Below are positions 26,388-35,996 of a DNA stretch of 64,000 bases, in pieces. How positions within the stretch are numbered: position 1 is the first letter of the stretch; each line of letters opens with the position of its first letter. The notes beneath the pieces were generated by a model. It saw only the letters and a list, made by a program, of their open reading frames with translations, did not search any database and was not told the origin of the DNA. The translations under genes were made by a program, and so were the position numbers. Origin of the DNA: Spirochaetaceae bacterium (GTDB taxonomy: Bacteria > Spirochaetota > Spirochaetia > DSM-2461); NCBI GenBank assembly GCA_051531975.1, contig JAOPTT010000002.1, forward strand, positions 569,968 through 633,967, read 5' to 3'.

Positions 26388-28631
26388 ATGGCAACCCAAT
26401 ATAATAAATTAGATAGTAGAGTTCAGAAGTGGATTTATAAACAGGGCTGGAAAGATTTAAGAGAGGTTCAAAAACTATCAATTGATCCTATATTAAAGGC
26501 AAATTGTGACATAGTAATAAGTGCTGCAACTGCGGCAGGAAAAACTGAAGCTGCATTTATGCCTGCTTTAACAACAACTGCGGACATTCAAACAGGTTTT
26601 GGTATTTTATATATTAGTCCACTTAAAGCACTAATAAATGATCAACATCGCAGGTTAGAACCGCTGGCAGAGACAATGGATTTAAAGGTTACCGCATGGC
26701 ATGGAGATAGTTCTGTCACAAAAAAGAAACAGGTAATATTAAAACCAAATGGAGTTATATTAATAACTCCAGAATCTTTAGAATCCATGTTAATTCTTAG
26801 AGCTGGTTGGGTTAAAAAATCATTTGAGAATATAAAGTATATAATAATTGATGAGTATCATGCTTTTTTAGGCAGTGAGAGAGGTACACAGCTTCAGTCA
26901 CTAATGCATCGATTAGAAGATATTCTGGAATTAGATAGAAAGATCCCTCGAATAGCTTTAAGTGCAACTTTAGGGGATATGGATAGTGTATTAAAATCCC
27001 TTAGACCAGATAATTCATTTCCATCTATATTAATTGAACCAACTGACCCAAATGAAGTTAAATCATCTATGTTGATGCAGGTTAGAGGTTATATAGAGAA
27101 GATTGTTAAAGTTGAAGAAGCTATTGAAAACCCAGAGGAGTATGTAGAAAAAACAGTATCCTCTGATGATCAGATTGCAGCAGATCTTTTTACACTACTT
27201 CGAGGGGATAGTCATCTTGTTTTTGCTAATAGTAGAAAAAGAACTGAGAATTTTTCTGCTTTGTTAAGTGATCTTTGTAGGGACAATGGTGTGCCTAACG
27301 AGTTTTTCCCACACCACGGCTCACTCTCAAAAGAGATAAGGTTTGACCTAGAATCCAGACTTCAGAGAGACAGCCTACCTACAACCGCGGTTTGTACTAT
27401 GACCCTAGAGTTAGGTATAGATATAGGCAAAGTAAAATCTGTATCCCAGGTAACTGCACCTCTTTCTGTATCTAGTTTGCGGCAACGTTTAGGACGTTCT
27501 GGTCGGAGAGGAGATAACCCGGTATTAAGAATGTTTATTAGTGAGAATGAACTTATGGTAAATTCATCTATTGTTGATAAACTTAGACTAGAACTGCTCC
27601 AGAGTATAGCTGTGTTACGACTCCTAATTATAGAAAAGTGGTATGAACCTGCTGATACGGATCTATACCATTTTTCAACTCTAATACATCAAATTTTAGC
27701 AGTTATTTCCCAGTGGGGTGGAGTAAGAGCTGATAGGATATGGCAGCTTTTATGTAAATCAGGATCATTCAATAAAATAACAGTGGATCAGTTCTCCCAG
27801 CTACTTACTTTTATGGGTGATAAAAATCTAATATCACAATTATCAAGTGGAGAATTAACAATCGGTGAATCTGGAGAGAGACTTGTTAATCACTACACAT
27901 TTTATGCTGTATTTAATACACCAGAAGAGTACAGGGTGATTGTTAAAGGTAGAACTATAGGTTCTATTCCTTTAGACAGCTTTGTAGTTAATCAGCAATA
28001 TATAATTTTCAGTGGTAGAAGATGGAAAGTTATTGATATTGATAACGATAAAAAAGTAATTACACTAGAGGCATCAGAAGGAGGGAAACCTCCAAAGTTT
28101 AGTAACGGAAGCCTGATTATACATGACAAAATAAGACAGGAGATGTTAAAGGTATATACATTAGCTGACCATAGAATAGACATTGGTAGTAGAAAGATTG
28201 AATTTATGGATGATACTGCTATAAATCTATTTAATGAGGGTGTTAAACTATTTCAGGAGTTAGAACTATCAAAAAATAGACTAACTAGTCATGGCAGACA
28301 TGTATATCTGATTCCATGGATGGGGGATAAAGTTGTAAATACTCTTTCTATACTACTTATTACTGCCGGATATAAATTAAGTAACTTTGCTGGGGTTATA
28401 GAAATTGAGAACAGTGATATAGAGGACGTAAGAGAGTCCTTAATTCTATTCAGTTTAGATAATAAATTTACCAATGCAGATCTTGCAAAATATGTGGAAA
28501 ACAAAGAGCTAGAAAAATTTGATAAACTCCTGCCAGAGAATCTACTTGAAATAGAATATGGTGCTAAGGCCTTTAATATATCAAGGACAATTATTTGGCT
28601 TAAAAATGAAATTTCTAATAAATGTATATAA
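26388..28631 (+). CDS. sngC: Shango-type Lhr-like DExH helicase
   Basis: TAAGKT, SPLKAL, DEYH, LSAT, HHGSL, TLELGIDIG, QRLGRSGR; alternative TTG start at 26376. Confidence 0.85.
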   Translation: MATQYNKLDSRVQKWIYKQGWKDLREVQKLSIDPILKANCDIVISAATAAGKTEAAFMPALTTTADIQTGFGILYISPLKALINDQHRRLEPLAETMDLKVTAWHGDSSVTKKKQVILKPNGVILITPESLESMLILRAGWVKKSFENIKYIIIDEYHAFLGSERGTQLQSLMHRLEDILELDRKIPRIALSATLGDMDSVLKSLRPDNSFPSILIEPTDPNEVKSSMLMQVRGYIEKIVKVEEAIENPEEYVEKTVSSDDQIAADLFTLLRGDSHLVFANSRKRTENFSALLSDLCRDNGVPNEFFPHHGSLSKEIRFDLESRLQRDSLPTTAVCTMTLELGIDIGKVKSVSQVTAPLSVSSLRQRLGRSGRRGDNPVLRMFISENELMVNSSIVDKLRLELLQSIAVLRLLIIEKWYEPADTDLYHFSTLIHQILAVISQWGGVRADRIWQLLCKSGSFNKITVDQFSQLLTFMGDKNLISQLSSGELTIGESGERLVNHYTFYAVFNTPEEYRVIVKGRTIGSIPLDSFVVNQQYIIFSGRRWKVIDIDNDKKVITLEASEGGKPPKFSNGSLIIHDKIRQEMLKVYTLADHRIDIGSRKIEFMDDTAINLFNEGVKLFQELELSKNRLTSHGRHVYLIPWMGDKVVNTLSILLITAGYKLSNFAGVIEIENSDIEDVRESLILFSLDNKFTNADLAKYVENKELEKFDKLLPENLLEIEYGAKAFNISRTIIWLKNEISNKCI

Positions 28632-28743
28632 CATTACATAAAAAAATAAATCAGAGAAAATAGAAATATTGTATACAAAATATATTTGTGAAAATAATTT
28701 ACCACGACTTTAAAAAACCGTGCTAAACTCTTGATTAATGAAC

Positions 28744-28820
28744 TTCTTAATTTAATAGGATTGAAATTTACTGCTCATTTAATGAAACAGAGAAACCTAT
28801 TTACTACTAAAGATTAAGAA
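28744..28820 (+). promoter_or_regulatory. Candidate structured 5' leader (long irregular hairpin)
   Basis: Nested pairings TTCTTAATTT/AGATTAAGAA, AATAGG/CCTATT, CTG/CAG, TCAT/ATGA, between a TGnTAAACT extended -10 and the AAGGAG RBS. Confidence 0.4.
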
Positions 28821-28842
28821 ATCATAATTAAAAGGAGAAAAA

Positions 28843-30360
28843 ATGGATTTTTCAAGTTTCAACCAGTTATTAATTGCATTTATTTTATTAATTCCAATAG
28901 TAATTCTATCTAGAACAGTAGTGGCTGGGACAAAATACTCACCTATTCTTATTATTGTTATCTTCGGATTATTAATGGGATTCCTTCTTGGAGAAAGTGG
29001 TATGGCCACTGCAGGATTACAGGAATTCACAATGGTAGGATTTATGAGTAAAGTAACTGTTGTTGTTTTAATTGTAACATTCTTTGTTGGAGGGCAAGAG
29101 CTCAAAAAACTTTCTAAAAAAGCACCTTTGGATATTGAAGACCTAATAACACCTTCAGAAGAAGAGATTATTCTAGGGACAAAACGTACCGAACTTTTCT
29201 TTATTGTACGTTCATTCTTTATTTTGTTAGCAATACAGGGAACATTTACAATTATTAAAGGTGTCGCTGGAAATGATCCAATAGGATCTGCATACCCTCT
29301 ATTAACATATCTTGGAATTATTGGTGCTTTAATACTAATTGATTCAAAGGCAAAAATTAAAAATAAGTCTCTATATCTTGGTAAAGGTTTTCTAGAGATG
29401 TGTATGATACTAATTTTATTACTTATTTCTTATGGTATCTCTATCTGGGTAAAACCTTTAATCGCCCTACCTCAAATATTCTTTGCTATGTTACTTTCTG
29501 CTGGTTTAGGTTATATATTTTCTAATTGGAGATTTGGACCAACAATGAAATCTCTTCTATTTGCTGGAATACCAGTTGTACTTGCTGCTAACTTCCTAGT
29601 TGGTGGATCAAGAATAGTAGAAGCATTTAAAATTGATGAAATGGCTAAAGTTATGGGTTATGGGTTTTTTGGTCAACTTCTATGGATGTTTGGTGGAATC
29701 CTAATTCTTATTAAACTTGGTAAGGCTAATCATGTAAGAAATCTTGCACCTGGTATGGCTGGTTCTTTATCGCATTCAGGTCTAACTGGAGCATGTACTG
29801 CCGGAGACTTAGGACATATAGCTGCTGCCCGTGCACCAATTATGATAAATATCCCATTTTTTGGTCACATTTTTGTATTTACCATATTGGCTATTAGTGC
29901 AAAACAGGGAGTACTTATGGCGATCCCAGCTTCTTTAGTAGTTCTTTGTGGAATAGTATTAACATACTTTGCTTTAAAAAACCTTAGAAATGCTAATGGA
30001 GAAGATGCAAAAGAGGTTCGTGGTCTAATGTTATTTAGCTTTGGTTGGCAGTTAATGGCAGTATTTGGAAGCTTTTTACTACTACATCTAAGTGGAATAA
30101 CACTATGGAATGCCTCGATGGCAACAAGTTCAGCAATCAGTCACTTTGGTCTGTTTGCAGCTGTTCAGGGTGGAATGTTTGGTCATGGAACAGATACTCT
30201 AATCCCATTTATTTTTGCAATGCCATTTTTAGTTCACCCAGTTGTATTTGGAATGTTTGGTAAAGCAATGAAAAACAATGGAGTAATGTCTGTTAAACCG
30301 GTAATAATCTTTGTAATTCTTGGTTTAATTGGAGTAATATATTCACTGTTTATTATGTAA
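28843..30360 (+). CDS. Uncharacterised polytopic membrane protein, putative transporter
   Basis: More than 12 hydrophobic segments; Gly-rich GSLSHSGLTGACTAGD and SAISHFGLFAAVQGG motifs; AAGGAG RBS. Confidence 0.8.
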   Translation: MDFSSFNQLLIAFILLIPIVILSRTVVAGTKYSPILIIVIFGLLMGFLLGESGMATAGLQEFTMVGFMSKVTVVVLIVTFFVGGQELKKLSKKAPLDIEDLITPSEEEIILGTKRTELFFIVRSFFILLAIQGTFTIIKGVAGNDPIGSAYPLLTYLGIIGALILIDSKAKIKNKSLYLGKGFLEMCMILILLLISYGISIWVKPLIALPQIFFAMLLSAGLGYIFSNWRFGPTMKSLLFAGIPVVLAANFLVGGSRIVEAFKIDEMAKVMGYGFFGQLLWMFGGILILIKLGKANHVRNLAPGMAGSLSHSGLTGACTAGDLGHIAAARAPIMINIPFFGHIFVFTILAISAKQGVLMAIPASLVVLCGIVLTYFALKNLRNANGEDAKEVRGLMLFSFGWQLMAVFGSFLLLHLSGITLWNASMATSSAISHFGLFAAVQGGMFGHGTDTLIPFIFAMPFLVHPVVFGMFGKAMKNNGVMSVKPVIIFVILGLIGVIYSLFIM

Positions 30361-30373
30361 TATATTAAAATAG

Positions 30374-30401
30374 CTAAAGCCTGTGTTAAAACAGGCTTTA
30401 G
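30374..30401. terminator. Bidirectional terminator
   Basis: CTAAAGCCTGT / ACAGGCTTTAG inverted repeat between convergent genes. Confidence 0.8.
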
Positions 30402-30416
30402 TATTAAATCACTTAT

Positions 30417-30878
30417 TTATATATTTTTTAGAAGGTTTGCCATCTCAATAGCACCTAATGCAGAATCAAAACCTTTATTCCCAGCTTTAGTTCCTGCACG
30501 TTCCACAGCTTGTTCTATAGTATCTGTAGTTAATATACCAAACATTACAGGTATTTCCTGATTTAAAGATACCTGGGATATACCCTTTACTGCTTCGTTA
30601 CATACATAGTCGTAGTGTGTTGTAGCTCCACGAATAACAGAACCTAAACATATTATTGCATCGTACTTATTTGATTTTGCTAGTTTTTGGGCAACTAGAG
30701 GTATCTCAAAAGCTCCCGGAACCCTAATAATCTCAATATTAGACTCATCTCCACCGTGTCTTGTAATACAGTCTATGGAACCTTCTAATAATCGTTCTGT
30801 AATAAAACTATTAAATCTAGCTACAATAATTCCAAACTTCAGACCTTCTGCTATTAAATTCCCATTTATCTCTTTCAT
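30417..30878 (-). CDS. ribH: 6,7-dimethyl-8-ribityllumazine synthase
   Basis: [37 protein letters not shown]. Confidence 0.97.
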   Translation of the reverse strand: MKEINGNLIAEGLKFGIIVARFNSFITERLLEGSIDCITRHGGDESNIEIIRVPGAFEIPLVAQKLAKSNKYDAIICLGSVIRGATTHYDYVCNEAVKGISQVSLNQEIPVMFGILTTDTIEQAVERAGTKAGNKGFDSALGAIEMANLLKNI

Positions 30879-30879
30879 G

Positions 30880-32067
30880 TTATCTCCTTTCTGACAGAAT
30901 GTGTCCCATTCTATCTTTTTTTGTCTCTAAATATTTAGCATTATTACTATGATATCTGCCCTCTAAAGATATTCTCTTTACTACCCTTATACCTTCTTTT
31001 TCAAGGCCATTAACCTTAAGTGGGTTATTAGTAAGAAGGTTTACACTAAGAATATCTTTCTCTTTTAATAGACTTGCTGCTAAGGAATATTCTCGTAAGT
31101 CAGCTTTAAATCCAAGTTTTAAGTTGGCATCCATGGTATCAAATCCCTGATCCTGAAGATTATAAGTTCTAAGTTTATTAATTAGACCTATGCCCCTGCC
31201 CTCTTGCCTAAGATATAAAATAGCCCCACCGTTTTTATTTATATAACGTAATGAATCTGTTAATTGGTCCCCACAGTCACATCTTAATGAACCTAATAGA
31301 TCCCCGGTTAAACACTCTGAATGCATTCTTAAATTAAGAGGGGATGTTAATTCTCCTTTATGTATAAAAAGGTGGGGCATCTCCTTACTTTTAGGGTTAT
31401 CAATTGTCTCTATTAAAAAAGTGCCTATATCTGTTGGAATAGAAATAGGCTTCTTTTGGAACAGATAGTGTTTATACTCTTTTAACTCTTTTATTGTGAT
31501 CCTATTTAGATTATGAGTAGCCTGAAATTTATCAAGTTCTTCTGCTCTAGCCATCGTTCCATCATCATTAATAATTTCACAAATTACCCCACATGGAGTA
31601 AGTCCAGACAAAACTGCCATATCTACAGCGGCTTCTGTATGACCTTCCCGTTCTAATACTCCACCATTTTTTGCAATGAGTGGAAAGATATGACCTGGTC
31701 TGTGAAAATCACCTTTTTGTGAAGTTGGGTTCGATATCGCTTTAATAGTTTTTGATCTGTCACTTGCTGATATTCCTGTAGTTGTTCCAGCCTTAACATC
31801 ACAACTAACCGTAAATGCAGTTCCTTGTTTATCCTGCTCTGTTGTCATTAGTTCTAGACCTAAACGTTTTGCATAATCTTCACTAATAGGACAACAAATT
31901 AGACCTTTACCATAGTTGGCCATAAAACTAATATCTTCCGGGGTTATTAACTCTCCAGCCATTATTAGATCACCTTCATTTTCCCGGTCTTCATTGTCAG
32001 TTACGATAATAATTTTACCCTTTTTAAAGTCTTCTAATATATCTTCTACTTTTTCAAAGTCCTTCAT
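30880..32067 (-). CDS. ribBA: Bifunctional DHBP synthase / GTP cyclohydrolase II
   Basis: [37 protein letters not shown]...[17 protein letters not shown]. Confidence 0.97.
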   Translation of the reverse strand: MKDFEKVEDILEDFKKGKIIIVTDNEDRENEGDLIMAGELITPEDISFMANYGKGLICCPISEDYAKRLGLELMTTEQDKQGTAFTVSCDVKAGTTTGISASDRSKTIKAISNPTSQKGDFHRPGHIFPLIAKNGGVLEREGHTEAAVDMAVLSGLTPCGVICEIINDDGTMARAEELDKFQATHNLNRITIKELKEYKHYLFQKKPISIPTDIGTFLIETIDNPKSKEMPHLFIHKGELTSPLNLRMHSECLTGDLLGSLRCDCGDQLTDSLRYINKNGGAILYLRQEGRGIGLINKLRTYNLQDQGFDTMDANLKLGFKADLREYSLAASLLKEKDILSVNLLTNNPLKVNGLEKEGIRVVKRISLEGRYHSNNAKYLETKKDRMGHILSERR

Positions 32068-32068
32068 T

Positions 32069-32692
32069 TTAATACCCCCACCCTAAAAGTTTTTCTTTTG
32101 TTAAACCTACTGTTTGTTTTTCTACAACTGTTTTTACTAAAATATCTGGCTCTATATTTACCAAGTCCCCTACCTTTAACAGGTTTACAGTTGTATTTGC
32201 TAATGTATGTGGGATTATATTTATAATAATTACTAGCTGCCTTATTTCAGCGATAGTTAAACTTAAACCATCAACTGTTACAGACCCCTCATTTACCATG
32301 TAATTATTTAATTCTGGTGATATTTTGATAGACAAGAAGGTATTTTTATTTACTTTTCTTATGTTCTTAATTACACCAGTTTCTTGAACATGCCCTTGTA
32401 CAAAATGACCACCAAATGGCTTATTCATTGTTAATGCTCTTTCAAGATTCACCTTTTTAAATGGCTTCAATTTGTTTAAATTGGTTTTATTTAGGCTTTC
32501 TTGCAAAATATTAACAGTAAAACTATTAGTATCTATGGCTACTACAGTTTGGCAAACACCATTTATAGAGATTGAATCACCTAGTACTGTATTTTCTAAA
32601 ACGACCTTTGCTCTAATTTGTAACTTTTTGGAATTTCTGCTACCAGAAATAGATAAAACAGCTCCAACCTCTTCAATTATTCCTGTAAACAT
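32069..32692 (-). CDS. ribE: Riboflavin synthase (alpha chain)
   Basis: MFTGII N-terminus, GDSISINGVCQTV, GGHFVQGHV. Confidence 0.96.
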   Translation of the reverse strand: MFTGIIEEVGAVLSISGSRNSKKLQIRAKVVLENTVLGDSISINGVCQTVVAIDTNSFTVNILQESLNKTNLNKLKPFKKVNLERALTMNKPFGGHFVQGHVQETGVIKNIRKVNKNTFLSIKISPELNNYMVNEGSVTVDGLSLTIAEIRQLVIIINIIPHTLANTTVNLLKVGDLVNIEPDILVKTVVEKQTVGLTKEKLLGWGY

Positions 32693-33756
32693 AACTCCTC
32701 CCTATAACCATTAAAAACCATATGGTTATCTAGAATCTCAAAACTTGGTGATTTAAACTTTATACTATCTTTAGGGTGATTAATAGAAAGAGAACCCACA
32801 GGAGATAGACCATTGCCCAAAAGTTTAGGGGCTGTATAAACTGTTATTTGATCCCATAAACCTGCCTCTAAAAATTGAGTAATTAGATTTGAACCACCTT
32901 CTACAAATAGTGAGTTAATTCCAATGAGTTTTAATTCATCTATAATGTCTTTAATTTTAAAGGTTGATCCTTTAAGTTTTAGGAAAGAACCTCTATATCT
33001 GGCTTTATGAGATTCAGAAACCTCTTCTGAGCAGATAATTACTGGATTTTTATCAAATATCTTTAAGTTTGCCGGTGATTTTAGTAAAGGATCAATAATT
33101 ATAGGCCTTGGAGATGGTAAATTATCATACCTAACATCAAGAGTCGGATTATCTAACTCCAAGGTTCTTCTTCCTACGATAATTCCATCACAACAGGATC
33201 TATGGAAATGACTGTTTTTCCTACACTCTTCACTGGATATCCATTTAGAAACACCATCAGATGTAGCAATCTGCCCATCCAATGTCTGTGCCCACTTAAT
33301 GTGTACATAAGGTCTACCAAGCTTCATGACAGTGTTAAAACCACGGTTTAGTTCCAGTGCTAACCTTTGTTCTACTCCAACCAAAACTTCTATGCCATTA
33401 GATTCTAATAATGCGAGTCCAGAACCTGAAACATTTGGGTTTAAATCGACTTGGGAAACTACAACACGTTTAATACCGGCTTTAATAATGGCATCACAAC
33501 AGGGAGGATTGTTTTTACCCTTGTAGAACTTAGAACATGGTTCTAGGTTGCAATAAAGAGTACTACCTACCGTTGATTCGATACAGGATTCTATAGCATT
33601 AATTTCAGCATGTTTGCCTCTATAATACTCATGATAACCCTGTCCAATAATTTCTTCATTTTTAACAATGACTGCACCAACTAAGGGGTTTGGAGATACT
33701 TTTCCTAAACCACCCCGGGCGAGGGATATCGCCCTTTTCATAAAATAATTATCCAA
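32677..33756 (-). CDS. ribD: Bifunctional pyrimidine deaminase / reductase
   Basis: PNPLVGAVIV, HAE, NLEPC...PPC, LDGQIA, VEGG. Confidence 0.96.
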   Translation of the reverse strand: MDNYFMKRAISLARGGLGKVSPNPLVGAVIVKNEEIIGQGYHEYYRGKHAEINAIESCIESTVGSTLYCNLEPCSKFYKGKNNPPCCDAIIKAGIKRVVVSQVDLNPNVSGSGLALLESNGIEVLVGVEQRLALELNRGFNTVMKLGRPYVHIKWAQTLDGQIATSDGVSKWISSEECRKNSHFHRSCCDGIIVGRRTLELDNPTLDVRYDNLPSPRPIIIDPLLKSPANLKIFDKNPVIICSEEVSESHKARYRGSFLKLKGSTFKIKDIIDELKLIGINSLFVEGGSNLITQFLEAGLWDQITVYTAPKLLGNGLSPVGSLSINHPKDSIKFKSPSFEILDNHMVFNGYREELCLQE

Positions 33757-33816
33757 TAAGGATCTCCTAAATTATAAGGGCGTGACAAAAAGAATTGAGA
33801 TTTGTTTTTTATAACA

Positions 33817-33942
33817 TTTTCTTCCATCCGGACTGTACCGTTGGTATTGGAATTTCACCAAATCAGTCCAAGAGTAAACCCTTGGAGTCGTGGACTATAA
33901 CCACCAGTTGGGAATTGCTTACGCTCACCCGACCCTGAAAAT
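33817..33942 (-). ncRNA. FMN riboswitch (RFN element)
   Basis: Minus strand reads TTCAGGGTCGGGTGA...AATTCCCAACTGGTGGT...AGTCCACGA...GGTGAAATTCC...ACGGTACAGTCCGGATGGAAGAA, upstream of ribD. Confidence 0.95.
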
Positions 33943-33949
33943 TGTATTC

Positions 33950-33979
33950 ATCTTAATTGCAAATGAATTAGGATGTCAA
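33950..33979 (-). promoter_or_regulatory. sigma70 promoter of the rib operon
   Basis: TTGACA-N18-TAAGAT on the minus strand, placing the transcript start at the riboswitch 5' end. Confidence 0.6.
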
Positions 33980-34056
33980 GTAATTTTTATATTGTATAAG
34001 TTATATAATTAGAGGATGGACCTAGGAATTTAATAGAGAATTCAAACAGAAATTTA

Positions 34057-34087
34057 AAATGGCTCCGATTGAATACCGGAGCCATTT
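34057..34087 (-). terminator. Intrinsic terminator
   Basis: AAATGGCTCCG / CGGAGCCATTT hairpin downstream of the lipoprotein gene. Confidence 0.7.
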
Positions 34088-34161
34088 AATGCAAACTGCT
34101 TAGAAAAGAGTATCCACAATCTAGGATTAGTTCATTAAAGCAGAATTCTTAAATAGATAAA

Positions 34162-34908
34162 TTAAATAGTTGGAGCCAAAGTCTGCAACATATTTTGGTA
34201 ATTTATATTACCATTGTTTAAATCAAAAACATACCAATAAATATTTGTATAATCTCCGTAATTTGGCGGAGTAAATGATTCAACAAATCCATATTGATCA
34301 TATACTGTAACTAATGCATCTGAGTATGGGAAATTTTCATCTTGGCTATAATTATATACATAATATTTGTATGTAATACCTGCTAAGCCATTTAAAGTAA
34401 TTGTTTCTGGACCATACTGATATGAATCACTTCTATTTAGAGTAGATGAACCACCTGCTGTAAATAAAATATTTGCATCTAAATCAGTTGGATTATCACC
34501 CCAAGTTAATACAATACGATACTCTCCATAACCTAAATAAGGATTTCCTATTATTTCATTATCAGAAATATATGTTGTATTATATTCAGTAATTTCTACT
34601 TCAATAGAGACAAAGTCATGATTATATGATGAAAAATCTAATGTTCTATAACCAGGTGGTAACTCAATGTAAAAAGAACCATCCCAATCACTAGTGGTTG
34701 AATAACTAGTCATTTCATAATCACTAATAGTTACCCCAGATATACCCTCACCTGTAACAGCATCGTACACTGTTCCACTTGCATAACCTATTTCTTCGTA
34801 ATAATCATCACCACCACCATCATCACCTTCTATCAATTCTAATAAGCTATCACAACTAGTCATTAACAAAAATGTAGATAATATTAATATTATTATTTTT
34901 TTACTCAT
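34162..34908 (-). CDS. Lipoprotein with a carboxypeptidase-regulatory-like beta-sandwich and a YfaP-like domain
   Basis: Lipobox MTSC; GTVYDAVTGEGISGVTI; IVLTWG...DLD...GPETITL...YYVYNYS. Confidence 0.7.
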   Translation of the reverse strand: MSKKIIILILSTFLLMTSCDSLLELIEGDDGGGDDYYEEIGYASGTVYDAVTGEGISGVTISDYEMTSYSTTSDWDGSFYIELPPGYRTLDFSSYNHDFVSIEVEITEYNTTYISDNEIIGNPYLGYGEYRIVLTWGDNPTDLDANILFTAGGSSTLNRSDSYQYGPETITLNGLAGITYKYYVYNYSQDENFPYSDALVTVYDQYGFVESFTPPNYGDYTNIYWYVFDLNNGNINYQNMLQTLAPTI

Positions 34909-35490
34909 TTATAACTCCTTTTTATACTTAACTAAATTTCCAAGCAAAAAAGACTAATATAACTTTTTGTTTAAGAAGAAAACCTAATTAAATATTTTCT
35001 TATATTTAAAACTTTTTTAATCTCACCTAATAATATTTCAATACTATTTTATTCTCTTCACTTCTATTATTAACTTTAGTATTGCATAGCTTGTTGAACA
35101 AATAGATAGAACGGCTTTTAGAATGAAACTAGTATACACAGAGCCATAAAGAGAACACCTGCGCTATATCGTGAATAATTTCACTATTAATCCCACGTAG
35201 GAGATTATCTTTATATTATTATGCAACTAATTTTATTTTAAATTAGGTGGTTTGTCCTCGTTATTCAAAATAAATAACCCCCTCATAATTAAAATTAATT
35301 ATAAACTTCTTACTTATAACTATATGATCCAAAGTTGAATAACACAATGATTCAATCTTAGAAATGGAAAGAAAAGACTTATTATTTCGAAAGATATAAT
35401 ATAAATACCACAGAAAAAGATCATTATAAGTTATCAGGGATCTCTGTCTAAGTATCAGGTGTAATTGTATTCCTCATATATAAGTCAAAG

Positions 35491-35994
35491 TTAATTTCTT
35501 GTTAACTTAATAATCTCGTTACTATGTTTTGGGTAAGATTTAATTAATTCTTCCCTAGAAAACAGTTCAAAATCTTCAAAGTCAAATCCAAAACTTACCA
35601 TACATCCAACTAGAGAATAACCTTTACCACTTTTAACATAACTACCAAATATAGTCCCTGCTGGTACAAGGACTTGAGGACATTCCCCTTTATCAATATC
35701 AACCCCAAGGGTTACAGATATTAGAGACCCATCTATATTAATCATAGAGATAATAAGTGGTTCTCCATCGTGGAAATACCAAATTTCATCAGATTTTAAT
35801 CTATGAAAATTAGAGACTTCCCTGTCTTTTATAAGGAAATATATACTTGTAGATAAGGGACGAGTACCACTAGTATCAAGCCCTATAAAGCTATTATCTA
35901 TATTGTGATCTGATTTATAAAATAGAGAGAAGTAACCACCCTCAGGATGTTCTTCCATATTTAATTTTTTTATCCAATAATTATTATCTTTCAT
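35491..35994 (-). CDS. Cupin_5 (DUF985) family protein
   Basis: HPEGGYF, TSIYFL, FHRLKSDEIWYFHDG, GFDFEDF. Confidence 0.92.
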   Translation of the reverse strand: MKDNNYWIKKLNMEEHPEGGYFSLFYKSDHNIDNSFIGLDTSGTRPLSTSIYFLIKDREVSNFHRLKSDEIWYFHDGEPLIISMINIDGSLISVTLGVDIDKGECPQVLVPAGTIFGSYVKSGKGYSLVGCMVSFGFDFEDFELFSREELIKSYPKHSNEIIKLTRN

Positions 35995-35996
35995 AA

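Noticed and set aside
25106..28631. BREX interpretation (BrxD-like ATPase plus helicase)
   Set aside because: No pglX, pglZ or brxC; the TerB-domain first gene fits Shango instead
34910..35490. 580-bp intergenic region with a slightly GC-richer patch (35110-35205), considered as a c-di-GMP riboswitch or pseudogene
   Set aside because: No GEMM-I/II consensus could be matched, and reading frames are short with multiple stops
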